Positions 26,115 to 35,770 of a stretch of 64,000 nt of DNA are shown piece after piece. The DNA is taken from positions 248,001-312,000 of the forward strand of contig NW_026867526.1 of the NCBI RefSeq assembly GCF_020745735.1, given 5' to 3'. Source of the stretch: Hemiscyllium ocellatum (lineage: Eukaryota). Under the pieces are notes generated by a model. It searched no databases. It was not told the DNA's origin and was given only the letters and a program-made list of their open reading frames with translations. The position numbers were made by a program, and so were the translations under genes. The stretch's first letter is position 1. Each line of letters begins with the position of its first letter.

Positions 26115-26133
26115 TGGTGACCCCGAACGTGTG
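26115..26133 (+). promoter_or_regulatory. Primer-binding site, tRNA-Trp type
   Basis: tggtgaccccgaacgtg, 4 nt after LTR A. Matches the tRNA-Trp PBS TGGTGACCCCGACGTGAT known from ASLV, with a 1-nt insertion. Confidence 0.85.
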
Positions 26134-26387
26134 AAGGGAGTGGAGACACGCCTATTGGCAGGGATTGAGAGGTCGCTGAATGGCCGGCCACTTCTAATCA
26201 GGCTCGGAGGCGCCTTTTTCAAAAAAGATTTCCAGTAGGGATTTGAATACGCTAAATTCTTATTTGCTCGGTGTCTCACAACTCTTTGTCAACCAAAATT
26301 GTGGGCTTGGCAGCCCGAGAGAGAGTCAGACCGTTTATTTATGAAGAAAAGTCCCCTAGGTGAAGGGTTATCCCGGCCGCGCGGTTT

Positions 26388-26618
26388 CTGAAAGTCCTAG
26401 GGGTGGTGAGTATTATTGTTTTAAAAAAAAAAGTCCTCTAGGTGGGCACTGAAAGTCCTAGAGGTGGGTAGTGTTTTAAAAAAAAGTCCTCTAGGTGTGC
26501 ACTGCAAGTCCTAGAGGTGGGTAGTGTTTAAAAAAAAAGTCCTCTAGGTGGGCACTGAAATTCCTAGAGGTGGTTAGTGTTTTAAAGAGAAAAATCCTCT
26601 TTGTGGGCGCTGAAAGTA
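26388..26618 (+). repeat. Leader tandem repeat, about 53-61 bp x4
   Basis: Unit starts ctgaaagtcctag at 26388, 26449, 26502, 26555 and 26610. Confidence 0.9.
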
Positions 26619-26638
26619 TTGTTATGGGTAAAGCTTAG

Positions 26639-26765
26639 GCTTTACCCCGCGCAGAATGAAGTCGGGTTAAGCGTATGCTTCCCCCCCGCGCAGTACGAAG
26701 TCGGGTTAAGCGTATGCTTCCCCTCGCGCAGAACGAAGTCAGGTTAAGCGTAGGCTTCCCCCTTG
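26639..26765 (+). repeat. Leader tandem repeat, 38-39 bp x3 plus a partial unit, CpG-rich
   Basis: Unit gcttccccccgcgcagaacgaagtcgggttaagcgtat starting at 26639, 26677, 26716 and 26754. Confidence 0.92.
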
Positions 26766-26774
26766 CACTAAGGA

Positions 26775-26783
26775 CCGGTGAGT
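26775..26783 (+). promoter_or_regulatory. Putative major splice donor of the ERV leader
   Basis: ccg|gtgagt with GT at 26778-26779, in the position expected for a retroviral leader donor. Confidence 0.6.
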
Positions 26784-28669
26784 AAAAAATATACTTCCCT
26801 TGACCGGAGAACGAGCGCTGATCGGGACTGGTTTTGGTCGGGAGTCGAGGTGGTGCATTCGTGCGCCCGACACCCAGGAGTTCCGTGGTGGAGCGTGAGA
26901 CAAAAGACAGCGGACCGGGGACAGTGACAGACACAGATTTATTGACAAGAGCGACTGTGTGGTGTGTGTATGTGTGTACAAGTATTGTGGTGTTAGTAAA
27001 AGTGTGTGGGAGAAGAAGAGTTTGTGTGTGGAAGTCTGTCAGAGAAGTTTGCATTGTTGCCCTAGAGAGAGAGAGAGAGAGAGTGTGAATGCTGCATGCG
27101 CCGGCAGTGTGTTTGTGTGAAAGAGAGAGACTGGCTGAAGGCATTGTCAGCTAACAAGCAGTTTAACACTTTGTGCTTTGGCTTGACTTCATCTGTTTGG
27201 TAATAGTTTTATGTTTAAAACTTGTTGTCTGTCATTTGATTCAGTGTGCTATTTTTGATTATAATTTCATGAATGCTTAACGTGATTTTCTTTCAGGATA
27301 GAATTTTAATAGATATTGAGAGAGGAAGAAAAGATTAGGTGGTATCTGATAAGGTTGATCCCCATTTTTTTTTGGGAGAAATTTTTATGTTTAAATGAAA
27401 GTATTAAAGGGTGGACAGCAGGAAAATTTATTTTTGACAACAGCTTACAGTGGGAAACGACGGAGATAGTGACAAAGAAAGATAGAAACAGAAACAAAGG
27501 GGGGGGGGCAGGCTTTCAAATCAACTATGCAAGTGAAAGAGTAATGAGGTGTTATGAAAGAAGACCCCAGAGGGCAGGAGAGGCAGAAAAGAGTTTTTTG
27601 GATCTCGGCAAAGAATATAAAAAAAAATGTAAGGAATACTAGATTTATTGTACTCCGAGGAGTACAGGTGGGGATTGCAAGGAATCTCTCATTTCCATGA
27701 CCCTAAGATTATGCATTTTTTTGAAAAAGCCTGATGAGATGCGGTTTATGCACTTTGTATAAACCTTCTTGTAAATACAGATATACATAATGTACATATT
27801 TAGAATAACAAATGATGTAAATACCAAGTAAAACTTATTACTATTTGTATTGGCAATTTTTTTGTGAATTTGAATATGTTCTAGTAGAAAAAGAGTTTTT
27901 CCATCCAACTCTTCTAATGTTCTTATAAATATAGAAGAGACAGCAGGTAATTGTGCTCAAAATTTATCACACCAGGTAACACGTCGGAAAACAAATTAAT
28001 ATTAAAAAGAAATATCTTGTTTAGAGTGCATCTTATTGGATAGGGTCCAAAAAGCGTGAAATATCTGTGTTGTAGGAATAAAGACAATAATGCAACTAAA
28101 TTAATATGGAATTTAGTAATCTGTGATGAAATGCAAACTGATTTTAATAATTAATGTTCTAAATTACTAATTGTTGATTCATTTTCAAAATAAAATATTA
28201 AAGCTGCAGTCACTGTAGATAAGGATTATAAGCGAAGCAATTTCTATTCCAGAGATTATAGTATTTGTATTGTGGGATTTGGCTATAGCTCAGACACTCT
28301 ATTTTGCGTGAGTAAAGTTTTTAAAACGTTACAAAAAAAACCTTTGAACTTTGGTATAATTCCTGAACCTATAAAGTTCCCTTTTATGTCCTCCCTGTGT
28401 CAGTTCATAGCAAGTACAACTTCCAAATAAATTGTGAATATGTTTTAATGTATAAATACTGCATGGTCTGGGCAGTCACTGACTTCCAATTTTTTTCTCT
28501 CTGGTTTCCATTGCCACCGGGGTGAAATTGCTTGTGGTTTATAATGATTTTTTTCAAGGGGTTTCTGTTTGCACAGCTGGCGGTTTGATTGCTTTTCTCA
28601 AGTGGGTGTGAATTTCTGTGATCTTTTTTTCAATGGACGGCGGCAGCCAGGTCTGTGTGTGTGTTTTTT

Positions 28670-28760
28670 TTCTATTGGACGAGGAACTCCCATTCAGCAA
28701 TGGAGGGCTCTGATTGGCTAGAGAACTCCCATTGAGTTTAATTCACAGTTGTATAAGCGA
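28670..28760 (+). promoter_or_regulatory. CCAAT-CCAAT-TATA promoter-like module
   Basis: ATTGG at 28674 and 28713, each followed by gaactcccatt (39-bp period); TATAA at 28752-28756. Confidence 0.5.
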
Positions 28761-29107
28761 CATTGAGATATTTTTAAAATTAAAACAATATAGAGCCAAA
28801 ATATGTAGTGCCCTGGACCCAGTATTATGTTGACAGTGACTTCATGGTCAAGTTGCAGACAGAGTTAATTTTTCTTTTAACCAAAATAACAAACTGAAGC
28901 TTCAGAACAAACAGAGATAGATAAAGCAAAAGGGAAGGTGAAGGAGACAAAGGGAAGAGAAACCAAGAGAGAAGGATAGATAGAAGGATTGCGAGGAATA
29001 AGGGTTAGGGGTAAGGGGATTCACAAAGGACTGTGCAAACAGAGAGAGAGCGCGTGTATAGCTAGCAAAACATTTAACCCTTTGTGATTTGGTTTGAATG
29101 CACATTG

Positions 29108-29325
29108 GTTTGTTGGTGATTGAATGAGTAAGTTTTGTTTCTAGAGCTTGAATTCCAGGACTGCTGTTTAAAGTGATTTCGTTTTATGTTAACTTAACAT
29201 GATTTAGATGCATCTGTTTGCTTGGTGATTGAATTCTTGTTTTTTGTTTCTAGAGCTCGAGTTCCAGGACTGCTGTTTAAAGTGATTTCTTTTTATGTGA
29301 GCTTAACATGATTTTTTAAGGCTAA
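29108..29325 (+). repeat. About 110-bp tandem duplication containing an intron-like unit
   Basis: Two copies of ...ttgtttctagagct.ga.ttccaggactgctgtttaaagtgatttc.ttttatgt.a.cttaacatgattt. Confidence 0.9.
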
Positions 29326-31389
29326 TAACTTCTGTTCTTTTATGAGTCATGACTCCCTAACTACTTTTCTTACTAACCTCTTTTATTTTTACATAAAAGC
29401 AATATATGAAGGACAGTCGAAGTTTCGTTCGACAGTGGGTAATTGTTAAAAACGAATGTTTCCATGGTTATTATCTGTGACCTTGGATTCGCCCATTGTG
29501 CATGCGTTAGAAGTTTTTAACTTGAATTGACAAATTGTTGTAAGACAGCTCTGATTATTTTTACGACCTAAAGTATTTTAATTGAGTAATGATTGACCAG
29601 CAGTACTTAAGAAAACTAATTTTGGATCTAAAATGGGGAACTAAAACTGAGTGATCACAATGGTCTTCAACATTGGTAACTGTATGCATTTACATTTTGA
29701 AAATTGAATACTGGATGAATGGACGTAAATATAAATATGCTTACAAGTTAGTTACAGGCATTAAAGTAAGACAAGCATGAATTGGTAAATTGGTGTTTAA
29801 GGATATGGGAATCTAAGGACATTGCAATATTTCTTAGAAGAAAGGAAAATGGAAGAACGTAATGATTTGTCCCCTTTGGAAAGTACCGATAGAAAACGAG
29901 GAGATAAGGTGAGTGTGTGTTCCCCTCACTAGTGGGGACATATAAGAGGAAATAACGGTCTTGGTTGAGAATTTGATAGGATTTTCAGAACAGATTAATC
30001 TATGATAAAAACCCAGTATGTATATGTGGGCTGGTTTAATGTCTAATTTAAATATACTATTTACTAAGGAAAAAAGGAAACTTATATGGGGATACTGGAG
30101 CGCTCGTCTGTTGAAGGCATGGTGTTACGGAAAGTGAAACCTGCTGCTGTTCTTTCCTCCCTGCCTCTCCAGATGGTTTTCTACTTCAATGCATTTTGTT
30201 ATTTTTTCTATTTTCTCGATCTTTTGTTTGTGTTAACAAGACATTTGCACCATCCGGAGTTGTTCGCAGTTTATCAAAATAATCAAACAGCATTTTTTTT
30301 TCTCTCTCAATTTAATATTTAGTTTTGTGGGTGAAGTTTAGTAGGTCTCTATGTCTGTCTTTTCTAAGACCTGCAGGCAAGAATTTTCTACATGATCCAT
30401 CGTGCTTCTGCTTTAGCCTCAGTAATCAATGATTTTGAGATGCCAATATTCTGCCATCGGTTTTGCTTAGATTCTGAGCTGAGCTTATTGCGTGGAATGG
30501 GTGTTGAAACTCTATCTATTCAAGCTTCGCACTCTACAGTGAATGAAATCATTATGGTATCAATTTTGCTAAATGGTTTGTTTGCACAAGGTTGATTCGA
30601 AATTTAGTTCTAGAGGGAAATGGGATTTTCTGAAGAGGAATAAATTTTTAGTCTTAAGGATGCTTGGATGATAGAGTAATATTATATTTTTGTATTATAA
30701 AGTCTGGATTTAAATTTCTGGTTGTTTTATAGTACTTTTCACAGCTATTCACTAACAGGAGGGATTCAGTCCTGGTCACGCAGATTTTGTGCCAATGCCT
30801 AATACAACTGTGGTCAAACACCTAATTTTAATTCCACAATTCCAAACCTGGTTATGACGGTTCTAGGAAAGATGAGATAAGAAATCAGATAGATTTTTCC
30901 ATATTGGTAATATAACACTATGTACTAAAATGTTGCATTTATATTCCTACAGACTTCAAGTCAAGCACTTTCTCTTCATTTTTTCATTTATGCAGATCTG
31001 ATGGTGGCTAAAACCTTTTTAATACTTTGAACAGGTCTTCGTTATTGAACATCTGGACACATACCTAGTAGGCTGTACACAGACAGCTATGATTAACTTT
31101 AGCCTTTTCATTCACTAAATTTTAGTTGTGGTTAAGAGTAAGAGACTTATTCCCCTTGTTCACTATTAAGTACTGGATATGAATTCAGTACAAGATTTCA
31201 AAAAACTGGAAGATGACTGTACCCCTGTTGAAGGAGGAGCTTATGGGTCTGTAATTAATTTGTGAATGGATAATGGGTATGGGTTACAGTACAAATACCA
31301 GACGCTAATCTCTTCTGAGATTCAACAACAGATCACAGGTGAATTTTGCCTAGTTTAGTAAATTAGGACTATCTTTCAGAAAGGAAGTG

Positions 31390-31800
31390 TATTTGCAGTT
31401 TTTTGAGAAGATATGTAGCTCAGCTTCTAAGTTTACTCACTGAGCTGAAAGGTTTGTTCTTGAACATTTTGTCATCACGCATTGTTAGGAGGGGCACAGA
31501 AAGTGTTTGTAAAGAGAGAAAGGGCGAGTGACAGGAGCAGAACGCGTAAATGATGGTAGCTGCGGTTGATGAGGTAATTAGGGGAAGAATGCAGCCAAAA
31601 GTGAGCAACCGGAGCAGCGAGTGATAGCATGTAGGGCAGGGAAGAAAGGGAGTAGGGAGAGACATGGAGGAGCATTTGATAGAGAGTTTGAGCGACAGGG
31701 GCAGAGACGAAGGTCTCCACAGGCAGGATGCCATTATTGTGGAAAGATAGGGCATTTTAGAGGAACAGGAGAGGATCGGTTAAACTAATCTACCTCATAG
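31390..31800 (-). mobile_element. Penelope-like 3' end, antisense
   Basis: Reverse complement reads ...gatgacaaaatgttcaagaacaaacctttcagctcagtgagtaaactt...ctgagctacatatcttctcaaaa, related to 18900-19020. Confidence 0.6.
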
Positions 31801-31899
31801 CGGGCAAAGAAGGAATTGCAGCGGCTGTCAGCCTGGCCCCAGACCAAGCTGAGTTTTGAAATCAACAGAAGAGGTGGGAAGTATAAAATGGAAGCTGTG

Positions 31900-33650
31900 G
31901 AAATCGTACAAATGCATTTATGGATTGAATTTAAATTTGTCTTACTAAATTAGATCTAGCAATGTTCTATCAGTGCCACAGTTAAACTTTCAGATATGTT
32001 TCATGTCAATAAATGCCAATAATTTTCTATGAGTGATTCTGTGGTATTTGAGCAATTATTATAGCTATGTTTAAAGTCAATTTTAACATTGGAGGTCAGG
32101 TTTTGGGAAACTTTATAGGCTTAGACATTGAGCAGGATAAGTTGGAATTGACTTTGAGACAACAGCCTTAAGCTTGTTTGCATTCTGATAAATTCTGCTG
32201 GGTCATCACAGAAAGGTGGTTTTGTATCTGAAAGAAGAAAGTTGTTAGCTTGTTTGACCAGTTCAGTTGGGTGTGCAGCCAGTTTTGATGTGTTGGAACT
32301 AGGTACTATAATGAAATAATTGAGGATGTCTAAGGACCTGTACTGCACTGTATTTTTCGATGTTCTATGTTCTAATATTCAGAGATGTTTGAAGTAGGAA
32401 CAGAATCATGATAATGCACACGCTAATTGTATAGACGACAAATGAGAAAAGGTTTTGGGGCGCATCCTGGACTAGTTGTTAATCAGCAGTTTGCATGTCT
32501 GACCAGGAACGTTTCCAGTTTTGGTTCTAGGTGGTTAAACAGAAAAGTGAATGACTTGAAGGTTGAAGGTTCAACTCTTAGCACATGGTAATAATGACCA
32601 GATTAGGTTCAGATCAAAAAAAAATGGAGTCTGAAAGATAAAGTCATCGGGATGTTTATTTTAGTGACAACATTTAAAAGAAACAGTTTGAATAGTGAGA
32701 TAACCGTGGAGAATGTTTTACAACCAGTTGAACAGAGAGCAAGGTAATATAGTCTGACTGACGAAAATACATTTAGATTTGAGCTTTCAAGAATAAATTG
32801 ACTAAAGCAAAAGCAACAGAAGGAAAATAAAGGAATGAGAAAGTGGCATTTGGAATGATAAAATCAAGAATATAATGTAGTATAAAAGCATAGTCAAAAC
32901 AGATGAGGTAATCTTAAGGTGAAAGTGGTCATTTTTTTTACTTAAACATCGCCAGTACTTTTATTATCATTAAATATTTTCATTGTGCTGTTGCAGAGGA
33001 AAGTGTAATTATGATCTGTTAAAGCTCTTAAAAAGGATAGTGATGAGAACACTTGTGGAATAATCCATGGAAAAACTGTATTTGAAAGGAAAGTTATGTT
33101 CAGGAGTTAGTCCATTTAAAAATGAGATGAGGATTGGAGGTCACTGTTTCAAAGGCCACAGATTTGAACATTTTTTCGTCCTTATGGAAAATGGGGAACT
33201 TTTGGAACTGTTCTGCAAAATGTGGTGTTAAATATAGATTCTGGATCAGCAGGGAGGGAAATCTTCTGTGCTGTACTTTTCTATTTGGGTCCTAAGATAC
33301 GTGGGATTACACAGTAAATGGATCCTCCATCGCCTGAATAGCTGAGCATTTGGGAACCATTATCAGGATTGGAGACAGTCAGCATAGATTTATGAAAGGG
33401 AAGTCAAGCTTGACAAATTTACTGGAATGTTTTGAGGATGTAAATAATGAGGTTACCGAAAGGGAGCCAGTGGAGGTGTTTATTGGGAATTTCTGAGGAC
33501 TTTTAACAAAGTCTCATTAAGGGATTAGTGCGTAAAATTAAAGGATGTGGGAATAGATGTAGTTTATTGAGGTGGATATAAAATTGGTTGGCAAGTGGAA
33601 AGATTAGGAAGAAACAGGGTTATTTACTGAATGGGAGGCTGGGAAAGAGG
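31900..33650 (+). mobile_element. Old, degraded CR1 fragments inside the LTR element
   Basis: CR1 tail at about 32330-32375 and an RT fragment at 33340-33650 (agtcagcatagatttatgaaagggaagtcaagcttgacaaatttactggaa), heavily diverged. Confidence 0.75.
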
Positions 33651-33654
33651 GACA

Positions 33655-34077
33655 GTATCAAACAACACTGGCCCGGATGGCAAGCTCACTAAAACCTTGA
33701 TAAAACTCCGAGCCTTAGCCACTGAGCTGAAGCAACAGCCGGGGGTAAAAAAAAACCCAGTGATAGATTGGCTGAATAGCACATTCGGTAGATGGGGAAC
33801 TGTGCTGGGACAGCTGGCCCTTGGTTTATGCATTTCTGTTGCTATCTTTATTACCTGTGATTGTTGTTGTATACCATGTATCAGGACGCTTGTGACACGT
33901 ACGATCGACCATGCCCTGACAGGAAAGGATAACCCCCCACCCGCATACCAGGCAGCGGGGCTGGAGGAGCCTGTGATGGGGGCACCCCATGGAAAGATTA
34001 CGAGATCGGTATCAGAGGGAATGGAGGAAATATGCCTGAGAGGGAAGCGTGGGACAACTTATGATTTTACTTTATAA
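33655..34077 (+). pseudogene. env: ERV envelope TM C-terminal remnant (epsilon-like, fish/amphibian type)
   Basis: NNTGPDGKLTKTLIKLRALATELK...DWLNSTFGRWGTVLGQLALGLCISVAIFITCDCCCIPCIRTLVTRTIDHAL; 5' end fused to a CR1 fragment. Confidence 0.92.
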
Positions 34078-35272
34078 CTGTATCTCTCATTTCTAATCCT
34101 TCCCATATTAGGGCCTCAGAATGTGAGGGCTGAGGTGCAGAGACCCCCTAGTTGTGTATTTTTTTTCTCTCTCTTTCCCGTTCAAATTGACAACAGGTAA
34201 ATTTGTGCTTTTATGCTGCAGTTAGAGATTGTGAAGTGCTATATGCCTCGAGACTCAAGAGACTATTGTTCACTCAAGAGATTTCCTAGCCATCATCTGG
34301 TATTCCTAAATGGCTTCGATTGGTCTCGACGGCCACTGTTCACAATAATAAGCCAGTTACCACTGCCCGTGTCCGTACTTGACAGCTGTAAAATGGATGT
34401 GGGTTTTTATTGGTCAAGTGAAGGTGACTGGTTAGCCAATGACGGGTAAGATTCCTCGAGTGAGGGACAACCTAAGACAGGCACAGTCGTGCATTGACCT
34501 TCAGAATAATGGCCTGTGGTCATGTGGTTTTAGCAGATGCCTGGCTTTTGTATCCGTGTCGGGAATCTGGTCAAGTTTCTGGCTTGCAAAGCAGCTTGAT
34601 ATAAGGAAAATCGTGGACCCAACAGTTTGACATTGTATTCACTGTATTTTTGACGAAGGAAAATGCCAGTTTTGTGTCATTTTCCAGAACCGACTTAACA
34701 ACAACCCTTTAGGAAGGAAGGAGAGCTCATTGAATCCTATTGCAAAAAGATTTGACACTATGTCAGTAGTTTGAAATTTTATTTTAAGGTGTCATGGTAT
34801 AATACGACTGACTTTACTGGGAGGTTGTACAATTGGGTGTTCTTTGAACAGCAGAGCTTCATTCTGCAGGCGTCCTAACTCATCCACTTTGTGTTTTCGT
34901 CTGGTTCTCTTCGCTTTTGTTATCATACTCAGCAATCGTTTTGTTGGTTTTGAGGTGGCTTTTTGTATATGTTTACAACTTTTAAGTGCTTACATCTGTT
35001 ATGTATTATTTCACTGCTTCTTGTGCCTTAACGATTGTATGCGAACTGGAGAGGCGCATAGAGTAGAGATTTTGCGGCGCGGAATGCTTTGTGTAATTGT
35101 ATGCTGCTTAGGGATTCCTATCCCCTATAACTATGTCTCCCTAGAGTCAGACAAGCCAGGTTTAGCTAAATGGTCGGTCTTGCAAAGGAGCGACAGAGGG
35201 ACGCTCACCGACCGTCCGGGTCCTGACTGCTGCGCGCGAACTGCTGTATTTTGTGTGGCCTCTTTCGAGGCC

Positions 35273-35283
35273 AAGGGAGGGAG
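35273..35283 (+). promoter_or_regulatory. Polypurine tract
   Basis: aagggagggag immediately before the TG of LTR B. Confidence 0.85.
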
Positions 35284-35770
35284 TGTTAGGAAGCATTATT
35301 AAGGGTAGGTTGTGTTCAGAAACTTTATTGTTAGGTAGTGCTCACGTAAGGTAGTACTAGCAAGTCTGGAAACTGTTAGCTTCACTAGACAACAGTAAGC
35401 CATTATGTTACACTAAGAACAGACTGAAACACTGATGGCATAATGGGGCCACAGGGAGGGTGAACAGATAACAGGACATTGAAACCGTGTTAGATTGCAC
35501 GTAGCTCATACTGAGGTAACTGAATCTTATCTCTTCTGGAACCAATACTATTAGAGAATACCGCTTCTTACCAAATAAGGATGTAGCACTGGGATGTGAG
35601 GGGCTAAAAGCTAGACAAAGAGAACAATAGATCAGAACGCGCCTTCTCCAGTGAAGAGTAAATATCTCACTGTATGTTCTGTGTACGTCTCTCTCATTAA
35701 ACCAGCTTATATTTTGAATCAGATCCAGTGTCTCTCTCCTTCAAACGAACACGGGACGGTAGCCCTAACA
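35284..35770 (+). mobile_element. LTR B (487 bp), 3' LTR
   Basis: Termini tgttagga...ccctaaca; preceded by a PPT; attaaa poly(A)-like signal near 35696; R-U5 about 85% like LTR A, U3 not alignable. Confidence 0.93.

Larger units (their letters stand above)
27140..31390 (+). other. Non-retroviral, gene-like cargo inside the LTR element; product unidentified
   Basis: No gag/pro/pol motifs seen. Contains short GT-AG intron candidates (27200-27296, 29128-29207, 29909-29988), two homologous leader segments and a promoter-like block. Confidence 0.5.

Noticed and set aside
27297-30790. Back-converting T to C gives long stop-free Pro/Thr/His/Lys-rich 'disordered proteins' with NLS-like patches
   Set aside because: Circular: replacing all T with C removes every stop and yields only disorder-promoting residues in any sequence. 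Not used as evidence.
29406-30790. The 80-nt intron 29909-29988 joins two reading frames in phase
   Set aside because: An alternative frame with an acceptor at 30172 is equally in phase, and stop density in these frames is near random, so no specific CDS can be called.
34844-35302. 152-aa ORF before LTR B as an accessory gene
   Set aside because: Starts at TTG, runs into the LTR and has no recognisable domain; treated as chance.
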